A DNA stretch of 63,584 nt, the filler included, from Chiloscyllium plagiosum (taxonomy: Eukaryota), in assembly GCF_004010195.1 (NCBI RefSeq). It is 6 parts of one record of this genome, joined end to end, with 100 filler letters (N's around TTAATTAATTAA, not from the genome) between each part and the next. Parts side by side here need not be neighbours in the genome. Positions count along the whole stretch, not along the records: positions 43,788 to 48,917 come from NC_057717.1; positions 49,018 to 53,461 come from NC_057717.1; positions 53,562 to 63,584 come from NC_057717.1; 3 more parts are not named here. One strand, 5' to 3'. Made by a program: the position numbers and the translations under genes. The notes under the pieces are model-generated. The model saw only the letters and a program-made list of their open reading frames with translations, was not told where the DNA came from and ran no database searches. Shown one piece after another: positions 45,777 through 58,449 of the stretch; positions within the stretch are counted from its first letter, which is position 1, and each line of letters starts with the position of its first letter.

Positions 45777-46950
45777 CCTTTTACATAACGTGTCTCCTTG
45801 GATTTTTAGCTCCCAGCCCCGATCACCTTGCAGCTGTCTCTGTGATGTCCACAATAACGTACCTGTCAATACCAACCTGTGCTCTCAGCGCATTTATCTT
45901 GTTTCATGTACTGCATGTTTCAAGTACAACACCTCTTGTTCTATCCCTCTTCTCATGGAAGTCTCTTATCTGCTGCGCATGAAGTTAGATTCATGAATCT
46001 TTCCATACTTTCTGTCCTATTACTTGTTATGGAAGTTTTAGCATGTGCTGAGCCCTCTCCAGAATTAAACGTTTTCCATAACTTTTCAGACAACTGAACC
46101 CAGGCCCCACGATTTAGTTCCAAGCCCTGTCATTCAGCCCTAGTGCGATTCACTAGGACCCTGGTCCCGGCAGGCAGCAGGTGGAGAAAGTTCTATTGGA
46201 AAAGCTCTTGTCTTTCCGAACACTGACATCAAAGATGAACGACTTCAAATCACTTTCTCCCACAACAATCTTTCAGCATTTCATTCACCTCTTTAATCTT
46301 GCTTCCGCTGTGCCAATTTGTTTATGGATCAGGTAGTAATCCAGAGATTATTATCGCTTTGGTTCTGCTTTTTAAGTTAGCTCCGAGCTGTTCATCTTCT
46401 TTCAGCAGAAACTCTTTCCTCTTTCCACCTGCATCGGCAACTGGATCAGTCCTCTCCCACGGCAAGTTCCTCTGAACCTGGATGAGAGAATGTAAACATG
46501 GGCACCAAGCAGGCAACATAGTATTTGGGACTATCGATGCTGGCAAAAGGGAAAAGAGTCCCCAATGAGAACTACAGTTCTCTTTTCTGCCCCCTCTGCA
46601 GAGTCCTGTGGTCAGTTTGATCATCGTCCGCACATCTCCTACTCTCAGTCACACAGCGAGCAAGAATCCCAAAATTGTTAGACAAGCTGAAAGGCTGAGG
46701 CTCCTTCAGCTTTTCCCTCTGACTCGCTCTACCTGCCTTACTCATTTTCATGTACTCCTGACCCTGACCACTGACCGATTAGCCGTAGTTAATTTGAGGA
46801 ATATGACTGCTTTCTGAAACAGAGCATTTAGTAAAGTTTTCCTTTTCTTGATGTGTGGCGTGGTTCAGACTCCAGCTTATCCATCTCTGCCAGAGTCCTT
46901 TAAGGAAGCAACACTTGCTGTGAATGTAGTCACTATGATCCACAATGGAG
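45777..46950 (-). mobile_element. degraded CR1 ORF1 esterase and start of endonuclease
   Basis: QLGANLKSRTKAIIISGLLPDP; LQGDRGWELKIQG. Confidence 0.75.
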
Positions 46951-48734
46951 TACTCAAGCTCCCATATAATGCAGTTAAACCGCAGCGCCTGCTCTGAAAT
47001 CTTTACTGTAATCACTCCTTACTATTTTTCTTAAGTATTTCATCATGAAAGACCATCCAACGTTGGTGGGAAGACTAATTGACTGCACTCAAGTGGCCAG
47101 AATTGATTCAGTACAGATATCTTGAAGGATTGTGTGTGACAGAGATTACAGAGATGGGAGTGATCGCTATCGTGAAGGGATATTCTTTTGTTTTAAATTC
47201 TGATTTTTATGGACTACCAAGGTGTTCAGGTCAATAAGCTGAGGGTGAGGAGTACACGACTTAGTGCGTTTGAGCACACGTGCAGTTTAATGTTGGATGA
47301 GCTGATGATTAGAGGGAAATTGTATATAGGACGTGGATCAGGAGTGTGTTAGGATCTCACAGTTTCAAAGTTACAATAAATTGTATTTGTTTTTTCATCA
47401 TATGGGCCTGAGACTGTACTGGTGTCTGGCCATGTCACTGAAATGGAAATGAAAAATCAAAGTGAGATGATTCTGATTCAGCAAGTTACCAGAGTGATCG
47501 ATACAGTTGGAGTTAGGAAGATTGTAGCAGGGACTGAAGGTCGTAGCTTCCAGTGAAAAAAGGATCAGGAGTAGCCATTTGGGCCCTTGTACCGGCTCAA
47601 TCAGTAAATGAAATTTTGGCTGATTTGCAACGTCACTCACATTTACCCTTATGCCTGAATACCTCCACTGAACAAAGGTTTGATTAGCTCAGACTTAAAA
47701 CAAACCAATGTTTCATGGAGTATTGTGAGCTGAATTTGGAACAAAGTTACAACGTTCGACCACCTTAGGTTAACATTGCTTCCTTATATGTCTACTGAAC
47801 GGTGTAGCGCTCATTCTTAGACTATGCTCCTGTGTTCTAGATTAAATGTGAGGACATTTCTCTGGAGAGTGCTGAATATCTGGACATGATGTAAATCGGA
47901 GGGAGCCTGGAGGTGGTGATAGTCACATACGCTGGATTTCTGCATCTTTCATTGTAGTGCATGTGGATGGTTTGGGAGGTTTGCAAAAGCTCTGGTTGAG
48001 TTGTTGGTCAGTAAAACCCTTCTTATTCACCATATCCTCCTCTATTCATCTCTATTCCCCCGATATCCCATTCCCCAACATCCCATAGAGGTTTAGTCTG
48101 TTTGAGCACTCTGGATGGCTTTAAATTCCCTATGGCACATACATGTCCTAGTTTTTTTTTAACTTGGTATTTTTCACAATCCCTTTTTTTGTGTGCCCAA
48201 CCCCATAAACTACCAGATTATTTCAGCTCAATCTCCGAACCTATTGTCATTGGGAAAATGGTAGACTGTGTTACTAAAGTTGGATTAACAAAACATCTAG
48301 AAATAAATGATACATTCAGGCCGAGTCAGTTTTGTGAAGGGGAAATCATAGCTGAAACGTTTACTAAAATATTTTCAGGAGGCAACAAGGAAGTTAGCCA
48401 ATGGGGAGCCAGCAGAAAGAGTATATTTGGAATACCAGAAAACATTAAGTACATTATTTTGTATGAGCCTACTTACTCAGAGAAAAACCCATGATCTCTC
48501 ACTGCACACTTATTGAGGCTTGGCTCATGAATTCAAGGCAGGGAGTTGAGATAAACACAGTTTTTCCATGTTGAAAAATTATTACCTGTGGCATCCCACA
48601 GGTCAGCAGGTATTTACAATATGAAGGTATACAAATGACTTGGATGACAGAAGTGAACGTAATGCCGCCAAGTCTGCAGATTATACAAAATAGATGAGGT
48701 GGCAGGTAGTGAGAATATTGGCATGATACTACAG

Positions 48735-48917
48735 GACGATGGTGAGGACTGAAGATGCTGGAGATCAGGGTCAAAAAGTATGGTACTGGAAAAGCACAGT
48801 GGGTCGGTCAGCATTCGAGGAAGAGTAGCGTCGACATTTGGAGCATAAGCTCTTCATCAGAAATATGGGTTGGGGGCGGGTGCCGGGGGTCTGACAGGTA
48901 AATGGGAGGATGGTGGG
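48735..48917 (-). mobile_element. PLE terminal fragment with hammerhead-like motif
   Basis: GAAGATGCTGGAGATCAG..GGAAAAGCACAGTGGGTC..CATAAGCTCTTCATCAG. Confidence 0.8.
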
Positions 48918-49099
48918 NNNNNNNNNNNNNNNNNNNNNNNNNNNNNNNNNNNNNNNNNNNNTTAATTAATTAANNNNNNNNNNNNNNNNNNNNNNNNNNN
49001 NNNNNNNNNNNNNNNNNTGGGATGATCTATTTTAGTCTTCTCCAGATGGGAGTCTTCAGCTAATTTGATTCAGTGTGTGTGGTAAATCCAAACGCTGAT

Positions 49100-50955
49100 G
49101 GGATGGGATAATGCAAAGGATATGGGCTCTGATAACATTCCATTCAAACTGTTCCTGCAGGGATATTGCACCGGGACCTACCTGAAAATGTAGGAAACTA
49201 TCCGGGTGTGCCCTGTACTCACACAGACAAAACATCAGACACTCAATGACTGCCCCATTGCTCTAATCCCTGTCATTAATAAAGTGATGGAAGATGTCAC
49301 TCACAGTGGGATCAAGCAGCACTTCCTCAGCACCAACCTGCTCTCTGAAGCTCAGTTTGGGCTCTCATCCCTTGTGCTCATTGAAGCCTTGGTTAAACAA
49401 TGTACAACAAGAAAAAACACTGCTGAATTCTAGAGATGAGGCGATAGGGACTGCACTTAACATCATCATAACTGCATTTGATCGAGTGTCGTATCCAGGA
49501 TTGACGGCAAAATTGGAGCAAATATGAATCGTCTGCACTGGCTGAAGTGATACCTGGGTACAAAGGAAGGTGGCTGGGGTTGGTGGGCAGCCGCCATCTC
49601 AGCTCCAGTTCTCCAGGGGAGGGCTTTCTGGGTAAGCCTGAAGATCAGAAATGGAAGAGTAAGCCACCATACTCCTACAGGATGATGGGGTGCTCTCTTG
49701 TTAGACAGAGACGACTGGTGGCAATTTAACTGGACAGTCATCATGCATCAAGTAAGGGATAGGTTGTGTAGGACAGTCCATTAGTCACCCCAGTCAGTAC
49801 AGGAATTGAACCCGTATTGTTGGCATTAATAACTAACCGTCCAACCGATTGAGCTAACCAAGTCCTCACTCAGCTTCTTGGGATAAATATTGTAACATTA
49901 ATCCGTTCAGATATGTTGTCAGAAACCTCTGGAGCAGGTCGAACTCGAAGCCAGCTTCCTCGCTCAGAGAGAGGGGCAGCATCTGTGAGCTCTCAGACTG
50001 CTCTCTGCCCTAGGCCTCATCATAAATGACCATCCCTAAGCTCTAAAATCACAAATGGAGATGCTTGCTAATGATTGGACAATGTTCAACACTCTGTGTG
50101 ATTTACTCAGGTACTGAAGCAATCCTTATCCAAATGCAACAAGGACCTGGAAATGTGCGGGTTTGTGCTTAATAGTGACAAGTACCATTTCCATTACACA
50201 TGTGCCAGACAACGATTACCTCTAACAATAGAAAATTGAACCATATTCTCTAACGTTCAATGCCACCACCATCACTGAACTCCCACCTAGCAATATCCCG
50301 GGGATTACCGTTAAACAGAACTGGACTGACCATATAATTTCATTACCCATTCCTGTGAAGGGCTAATGCTAAAACGTCGAGCTTCCTGTACCTCAGGTGC
50401 TGCCTGACCTGTTGTGCTTTTCCAGCGTTACACTTTGACGCATATAAATTAATCGGCTACAATAATATGCCAGGGACTAGGAATCCTGCAGAAGTAACTT
50501 ACCTCATGATTTCCAAAAGCCTGTCACCCAACTGGAAGACACACACTGAATGTGTGTGTGATGAAATACCCACCGTTTGCCTGTGTTAGTGCAGCTTCAC
50601 CCCTCATCCACTGACACTCAGTAGCAGCAATACCTGCCATCTACACGGTGCTCTGCAGAAATTTACCAAGGCTCCTTACAACGTACCTTTGAAGCCTGAC
50701 CATCAACAAGGACAAAGGAAACAGATACATGGGACCCCCACCATGTTCACGTTCCGATCCCAGCTGTCCACCATCCTGATTTAGGAAGTATATTGCTGTT
50801 CCTTCAGTGCCACTGTTTCAAAGACCCTCGCTAATGCACATCTACATCACATGAACTTCAAAGGGTCAATGTGATAGCTCAACACCACCTTCTCAAGGGC
50901 AAAGCGAAACAGGCAAGAAATACCGTCCCAATCATATTCCATGAAGAAATTAAAA
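49100..50955 (+). mobile_element. old CR1-clade LINE RT and 3' end (the family that shares its tail with the DeuSINE), with nested insertions
   Basis: CPIALIPVINKVMED..GIKQHFLSTNLLSEAQFG; tail CACCACCTTCTCAAGGGCAA..CATGAAGAAATTAAAA. A PLE terminus is nested at ~50345-50440. Confidence 0.7.
49655..49862 (-). mobile_element. tRNA-derived SINE
   Basis: Reverse complement head GGTTAGCTCAATCGGTTGG (A box)..GGGTTCAATTCC (B box), followed by a non-tRNA body. Confidence 0.65.
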
Positions 50956-51267
50956 TGAAAAATATTGTCCAAACATGCCAAATGCTGGATCCTGAGTATT
51001 GGACTTTGTGAGCTCAGGCTGGTTGGGTTGAGGCAGTATCTTGCTTGTTCTGAACAGCTGAAGGGATATATTGTTTGAATTAATCTGTCAGTCTTTCAGA
51101 CGCATGGCTACATACCGAGCATCACACACACACTGACATTCACATCCCACATTACTAAGCTCTAAGATAGGCAGAAGCAATTGAAAATATATCCATATCT
51201 GACTGTAACATGTTTAAACACACAGTGATATTGTTGCCACGAAAATGATTATGAATGGATATTAGCA

Positions 51268-51368
51268 GGGAGAAAGTGAGGACTGCAGATGTTGCAGATC
51301 AGAGTCAAAAAGTGTGGTTCTGGAAAAGCACAGCCATTCAGGCAGCATCTGAGGAACAGGAGGGTCAA
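51268..51368 (-). mobile_element. PLE terminal fragment
   Basis: GGAGAAAGTGAGGACTGCAGATG..GGAAAAGCACAGCCATTCAGGCAGCATC. Confidence 0.8.
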
Positions 51369-51879
51369 CTATTAGTTCACAATAGTAATACAAATAAATA
51401 ATTGCATATTTTCAAAGTCCTTGCACTTAATAATAATTTGGTCTTGGGTGTGGTAATGAGACTCAACATTTCAATGCTCCGTACCGTGAGTTGGGCACTG
51501 TTTTCACCATATCGTTGTTATAAAAGTGAACGGAATTAATGGGTGGATTTTGGGCTTATTGGACAATCTAAAAGTTGGTATTATGAAAGGCTATCGTACC
51601 TTCAGTAAAGAGACTTTGCTGTTAACGGTTAAAACAACGCTGTAAACATTTACACAGACATTTCCAGCTCAAGTTACACACAAGGTTGTTGGGCTGGGAT
51701 CATACTGGCCATCAATGGAGCTGCACAATTCTGTTTGGATATTGGATGTTATAACACTGGATATATTTTATGAGGGATTCAATGTATGATGTCATGTGTT
51801 GCAGTAGCCCATCACCTTTATAGCACCTTCATTCAGGATCGAGTCCAAGGTGCAGAATTACAGAGTTTAGGGACCATAT

Positions 51880-52230
51880 CAGAAGAGGTATACTTGCAAG
51901 ACATGGTTGTTCACAGGTCATTGTTACAAATGTTGAACTGCGTCTGGACCAGCGCCATGTGCTAGTCCATTGACCAGTTTTCTCCACTCACATCTCCCTG
52001 CTGTTCAGGTATGTCTCTAACCAGTCCGTTGTGAGGGATTATGTCAGTAACTGCCCAGCTCCAGTTTGGAAGCTCTCTGGACAGATTTTGGAGATGGCCA
52101 GTGTTTTGGAGGTCATGGTGAGGCCCAGTAACACTGTGTCTGAATTCAGGCTTTTTCTCAAAGTCTTTTTCAGCAGCTTTGCTGCCTGCAAGATGGTGTG
52201 TTCATTCATCTGAACATCAATGAGCTGTTT
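51880..52230 (-). mobile_element. possible Vingi/I-group LINE RT remnant
   Basis: Across frameshifts: DTVLLGLT (cf. AVFLDLT), NGLA.G, QFNICNNDL*TTMSCKY (cf. LFNIYTNDLPTTxSRKF). Confidence 0.4.
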
Positions 52231-52724
52231 ACTACAGTCACTGAATTGTGTAATAGTTAGGTGTGCGCTCTGGTATTTCAATTATTGTTCACTTCAATTG
52301 TTTTCAACTGAAAAATAATGATGTTTGGTTTCTTTTAAATACGTAAGAAAAGTGATGTTAACTTTTCATTATACAAAAGGAAAAGTGACCTGTTGTATAT
52401 TTCCCAAGGACTAATCAAGCAACGGTCAGATATTGTCTGTAAAGCAGGATTCTGTGAACAGGACTATGTCCCAGGCAACATCACCACCCTCTCTGGTGGG
52501 TTCTGCCCCACTGGCAGCACGTACCAGGCTGAGGGAGCAGCTCCTTGGTATATAGTCAGTATAGTGCTCGGTATTGATGCTGGATCCTGTGGCTTCTAGA
52601 CTGCTCTGTGGCTGGTTATGGGGGAATCAATAAAAGGGAAACCTATAACTGACCACATCAATACATCGGTAAGAATAGGTCACTGCACAGTTCTTATGGG
52701 GAGCAAGGGCTATCTTTACATTTT

Positions 52725-53105
52725 GTCAGGCAGCATCTAGGGAACAGGAGAATCGACGTTTCGGGCATAAACCCTTCTTCAGGAATGAGGAAAGTTGGTC
52801 CAGCAGGCTAAGATAAAAGGTAGGGAGGAGGGACTTGGGGGAGGGGCGTCGGAAATGTGATAGGTGGAAAGAGGTCAAGGTGAGGGTGATAGGTCAGACT
52901 GGGATGGGGGCGGAGAGGTCAGGAAGAAGATTGCAGGTTAGGAAGGCGGTGCTGAATTTGATGGATTTGACTGAGACAGGCTGGGGGGAGGGGAACTGAG
53001 GAAACTGGTGAAATCCGAGTTCATCCCTTGTGGTTGGAGGGTTCCTAGCCGGAAGATGAGGCGTTCTTCCTCCAACCGTCGTTTCGCTGTGGTCTGACGA
53101 TGGAC
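52725..53105 (-). mobile_element. young Penelope-like 3' end with intact hammerhead core
   Basis: HRQTTAKRRLEEERLIFRLGTLQPQGMNSDF; reverse complement of 52755-52782 is CTGAAGAAGGGTTTATGCCCGAAACGTC. Confidence 0.92.
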
Positions 53106-53461
53106 AACCGCCGGCAGATTCGCGACCTCCGCGGCTATGGGGAATAACTCTGTCTCTGCGGTCGCCGCAGCCACTGCCGCCCTCACTGACGTCACTAACG
53201 CCGCATGTGTCTCCGCTCCCACGCCGATCTCCACGCCTAAACCCGCCCCCCCGGCGAGTTCCGTCACCTCGCCTAACCCCGCCCCTTCGCCGATCTCCGA
53301 CTTCATGCCTAACCCCGCCCCCACGCCCATCCCCGTCACCACGTCTAACCCCGCCCCTTCGCCTATCGCCATCACCACGCCCGACCCCGCCCCCACGCCG
53401 ATCTCCGTCCCCGCCCCCAGACCTAACCCCGCCCCCACACTCAGCTCCAGCCCCACACCAG
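53106..53461 (+). repeat. CpG-rich degenerate 18/36-bp tandem array, probably the PLE 5' region in opposite orientation
   Basis: Repeated CCTAACCCCGCCCC(CA/TT)CGCCGATCTCC; abrupt junction with the GIY-YIG fragment. Confidence 0.6.
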
Positions 53462-53564
53462 NNNNNNNNNNNNNNNNNNNNNNNNNNNNNNNNNNNNNNN
53501 NNNNNTTAATTAATTAANNNNNNNNNNNNNNNNNNNNNNNNNNNNNNNNNNNNNNNNNNNNTCT

Positions 53565-54538
53565 GGTTACACATTCTCACACAATTGAAACGAAAGGAAG
53601 TCACAAAGATAATTATTGCAGATGATTTGAAAATTGGTGGAGTTGGGGTGAATGAGCAAGGAGATCCAAGGTTGCAGGAGGTTACTGATCAGTTGGAAAG
53701 ATGTGCAGAGAAATGGCAAATTAAGTGTAATCTGTACAAGTGTGAGGTCATGTCAAATTCAAGAAGAAAGTGAGGGTACTGAGGGACATTGATATACAGA
53801 AGGATCTTGGTGCACTGAGTGGTAAGGTCCTAGGGAGTGTTACTGAACAAAGAGACCTTGGAGTCCAGGTTCATAGTTCCTTGAAAGTATAATCCCAGGT
53901 AAATAGGATAGTGAAGAAGGTGTTTATTCTGCTTGCGTTTACTGATCAGAGCACTGAGTAGAGGAGTTAGGAGGTCATGTTGTGGCTGTACAGGACATTG
54001 GATAAGCCATTTTTGGAATATTGCATGCAGTTCTTCCTCCCTATCGGAACAATGTTGTATAAATTGCAAGGTTTCAGAAAAGATTTACAAGGATGTTGCC
54101 AGGATTGGAAGATTTGAGCTAAAGGGAGAGGTTGAATGGGCTGGGGCGACTTGAGGCTGAGGGGTGACCATATAGAGATTTATACAATGATGAGAGGAAT
54201 GGATAGATTGAACAGACAAGGTATTTTCCCTGAGGTAGTGGAGTCCAGAACCGGACGGCCTAGGTTCAGGGTGAGAAGGGAAATATATAATGGGAACCTA
54301 AGGGGCAACGTTTTCAGGCAGAGGGTGATGCGTGAATGCAATGAACTGCTAGAGGAAGTGGTGGAGGCTGGTACAACTACTGCATCTAAAAGGCATCTGG
54401 ATGGGTATACGAACAGGAAGGGTTGAGGGGGATTTGGGCCAAGTGCTGGCAAATGAGACAAAATTACGTTAGCGTATGTGGGCAGCGTGAACGAGATGGA
54501 CTGAAGAGTCTGTTTCCGTGCTGTACATCTCTATGACT
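53565..54538 (+). mobile_element. CR1 RT C-terminus and 3' tail (two fused fragments)
   Basis: IADDLKIGG..WQIKCNLYKCEVM; tail CTGTACATCTCTATGAC with the same flank as the 9918 copy. Confidence 0.9.
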
Positions 54539-54780
54539 AAATGTTTTGCACAATCCTTTTCCAGCCACACACTTCACTGTTTCCCCTGTTTACCATGGTC
54601 AATTCTCCTCTCAAACACATGTAAATGGCTTTGGTTGTGATTGTAGGGTGTGCTTTATGGTCACTTTAAAAATCCATCATCTCACATAATTCCACTACAC
54701 TACAATTTCCCAGAGAATTTCTCAGTGTGACATTACTCCTTCACTCAGCTTCTTCACCCAACGGTCGACCTGAGATAGTC

Positions 54781-55047
54781 ATGTCCCTGGCCATTTACAC
54801 AATGTGTTATTCAAAGAAACACTGACACAAACATTTGAAGAGGAGTTTAGAGAATATCATTTTTGACAAAAATTGAAGTCTCCCAAAATGATCACATTGC
54901 CTTTGCATTGCACATGTCCCTGGCCATTTACACAATGTGTTATTCAAAGAAACACTGACACAAACATTTGAAGAGGAGTTTAGAGAATATCATTTTTGAC
55001 AAAAAATTGAAGTCTCCCAAAATGATCACATTGCCTTTGCATTGCAC
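54781..55047 (+). repeat. 133/134-bp tandem duplication
   Basis: 54781-54913 and 54914-55047 differ only by one A; the paralogous region at ~9545-9680 has a single copy. Confidence 0.93.
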
Positions 55048-56241
55048 AGGAATTCATTGGAAAGTGTAACAGGGCTGAGCAATGAAATGCTGTCAGGCAG
55101 CCTAAAACTGTTCTCCTGCTTGTGTTTGTGACACGTGTTACTCATAATCTGCATTCAGGCTGATTCAGCAGCATCATCTGATGCCAAATGCTTTCTCTGT
55201 AATGTCTTTGTTACCCATTACTGTCAGGGTTACCCATCCTGCACTCCCGGAGACCCCTCAAGGATGGGTACAATTGAATATTTATGTTCTGCCTTTTGCT
55301 TCTCCCCTAACCACATCTTCCTGGCGACTAAATCTTATTTATCTCTGTGTCACAAGTCTATTACCTTATTGCAGATACTTTGTCCATTCCAAAGAAAGAA
55401 CATTGTAATTGACTTTTTCCTATAATGTCCTGTCACAGCCTAATTCGCTGATGTATAGTTTTAGTTAAACTCTGTCCCATCCAGTTCCCTCCTGCTTGTC
55501 TTCAGCCACATTCCCATGCTGTTCCAATGTATCACCTTTTCTGTTTGGATTTGGCAAGCTCCTTTCACCTGAACCCTGTCCCTGCATCCTCTCTATCAAT
55601 TAAAGCCCTGTCCATAAACCCACCGACATAATTTGCCAGGACACTGGTCCCAACAGTGTTGTTTTTAATTCACTCGTGTGATGTTGCTGTCTCTGGCTGG
55701 CCAGCATTTCATGCCCACCCCCGAGCTGCCATTGAGCCGAGAGCCTTGTGAGACTATTAGAGAAGGCAGCTGCCTATCGCAGATTTCGTTCCTGAAAGGA
55801 TATTGAGCATTTGGATGGGTATCCCTGCCACTGGCATTATATTCTGGATGAACGGTCGAGTGAGAGTAACATTAGACCATCGCCTGTCCCACTGATAGCT
55901 CCCTCATCCCTGAGTACTGATCCCAGTGCACCATGAATCAAACCCTTTCTTCCTGACCGTGGTTTGATCCTGATACCTTCCTGCACTCTGCTATCACTCA
56001 GTCTCACTCCATGTGTATCTGTCACTGTGAGAGTCTAATTGCTGCCAGTGACTGCAGCTTTTGTAGTTACTCCAGATCCTGAGCCAACAGAACTCTCCAC
56101 TCCAGGGAGACGCAGCAGCACAGGCCAGGGATAGAGACTGGGATATTCCAAATCTCTGTGGTGCTCAGTGCCATTCTCCCTGTGCAACCGTCACTGCATC
56201 AGTCTAATTTCCCAATCTGTCTATTTCTCTGTCTCCTGCAG

Positions 56242-56368
56242 GTACTCAGGATGTTCCTGACTCAATAAACCTCCCAATTGCTGGGTGTTTCATTCATCAT
56301 CTCATTGAACGCAATTGGTCAGCCTGAGGGCAGGGAGATCTGGTTTCTTCAATAAATCCTGCAGTGAG
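56242..56368 (+). other. candidate non-coding exon (127 nt)
   Basis: ttctctgtctcctgcag|GTACTCAGG ... CTGCAGTGAG|gtaaga. Confidence 0.55.
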
Positions 56369-57144
56369 GTAAGATCACTCACAGTGAACAGAGCAGAGCG
56401 AATTTAAGGGATCAAAGTTTAGTCCGGAAGACATGACACAGATATAGTGTTGAAGGGTGAATACAGAGCATGATGGGCCCAGACTCAATCCACACTCTCT
56501 TGTTCACTTTCATCANNNNNNNNNNNNNNNNNNNNNNNNNNNNNNNNNNNNNNNNNNNNNNNNNNNNNNNNNNNNNNNNNNNNNNNNNNNNNNNNNNNNN
56601 NNNNNNNNNNNNNNNNNNNNNNNNNNNNNNNNNNNNNNNNNNNNNNNNNNNNNNNNNNNNNNNNNNNNNNNNNNNNNNNNNNNNNNNNNNNNNNNNNNNN
56701 NNNNNNNNNNNNNNNNNNNNNNNNNNNNCCACTGGCATTATATTCTGGATGAACGGTCGAGTGAGAGTAACATTAGACCATCGCCTGTCCCACAGATAGC
56801 TCCCTCATCCCTGAGTACTGATCCCAGTTGCACCATGAATCAAACCCTTTCTTCTTGACCGTGGTTTGATCCTGATACCTTCCTGCACTCTGCTATCACT
56901 CAGTCTCACTCCATGTGGAATCTGTCACTGTGAGAGTCTAATTGCTGCCAGTGACTGCAGCTTTTATAGTTACTCCAGATCCTGAGCCAACAGAACTCTC
57001 CACTCCAGGGAGACGCAGCAGCACAGACCAGGGATAGAGACTGGGATATTCCAGATCTCTGTGGCGCTCAGTGCCATTCTCCCTGTGCAACCCTCACTGC
57101 ATCAGTCTAATTTCCCATTCTGTCTATTTCTCTGTCTCCTGCAG

Positions 57145-57271
57145 GTACTCAGGATGTTCCTGACTTAATAAACCTCCCAATTGCTGGGTATTTCATTCAT
57201 CATCTCATTGAACGCAATTGGTCAGCCTGAGGGCAGGGAGATCTGGTTTCTTCAATAAATCCTGCAGTGAG
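57145..57271 (+). other. second copy of the 127-nt candidate exon
   Basis: Lies within the ~690-bp duplication 55828-56514 / 56729-57416. Confidence 0.5.
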
Positions 57272-58154
57272 GTAAGATCACTCACAGTGAACAGAACAGA
57301 GCGAATTTAAGGGATCAAAGTTTAGTCCGGAAGACATGACACAGATATAGTGTTGAAGGGTGAATACAGAGCATGACGGGCCCAGACTCAATCCACACTC
57401 TCTTGTTTACTTTTATCTCTGCTGTACTGAGCCTTCCTATGTCAATATAGGAAGTTGACAGTTATCAATCCAGGCCTGTGCTGTCTTAGTGAGGATCAGG
57501 ACAACAGAGGGGAAAGCAGGCCTCCCTTAAGAAGTTGGTATTAAAACCTGGGGTCTTTCTGTTCTATATTCCCCCTCTCGCACTGTCTTTTGTCGTGTGA
57601 TAGAGTCATACTGCAAGGAGACATACCTTTCGGTCCAACGCATCTGTGCCAGTGTCTTGAATGCTTGTAATTCCCAGAAAAGTTCCTATTTCTGTAACCC
57701 CCATCCCTCCCATAATTCTGCTGTTTATTTGAAACCTACTCCAATGCTGACGATGCTCCCTATGTGTAATTTGCTCCAAACTCGGTAACGTGCCCAATCT
57801 CAGTGACCTCATCCTGCAGTCAGTACAATAATCTCTATTTCTGTAGTTTTCCACAATAACTACAGTCCACCCTGTCTCTGTAAAATCCTCCAGCCTGGAC
57901 CAAAATACCCACCTGGGTACTTTCTCCAAGCCCCAAGAGAACATGATATCACTGTAACCTTCTGCAGGCCAGATCCCATTCCTGCCTCCTGGCCTTTAGC
58001 ACCACATGACCTCTGTAACCATCTCCCATCCCAACCGGACTCCTTATCTGTGTAAACGCCTCCAGACCCTTTTCCAGCTACAACAACACTTCACATCTCT
58101 GTGTGGTCCTCCCGGCCCCTCAAATGATCTCTCTCTGTGTGTAGCTCTGCAGTT

Positions 58155-58449
58155 TGGGGTGGTTCAGTGGTGAGCACTGCTGCCTCACAGCGCCAGAGAC
58201 GCAGGTACAATTCCAGCCTCGAGTGACTGACTGTATGGAGTTGGCACATTGTCTCCATGTCTTCATGGGTTTCCTCCCACAGTACAAAGATGTACAGGTC
58301 AGATAAATTGGCCATTCTAAACTGACCGAGCGTTAGGTGCATCATTCAGAGGGAAGTGGGTCAGGATGGATTACTCTTTGGAGAGTTGGTATGGACGAGT
58401 TGGGCAGAAGTGCCATTTCCATATTGTAGGGAATCTAATAAAATCTAAA
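58155..58449 (+). mobile_element. HE1-type SINE, diverged, near full length
   Basis: GTGGTTCAGTGGTGAGCACTGCTGCCTCACAGCGCC...AATCTAATAAAATCTAA. Confidence 0.88.

Noticed and set aside
49790..49862. tRNA-like sequence
   Set aside because: No anticodon arm or acceptor stem; it is a SINE head.
52938..53517. Mucin-like or Gly-rich ORFs on both strands
   Set aside because: By-products of a GC-rich tandem array attached to a Penelope fragment.
53818..53860. CR1 5' truncation at nearly the same position as the nested copy at 11455
   Set aside because: Only two cases, and this junction looks like fusion of two CR1 fragments; not enough to claim a truncation hotspot.
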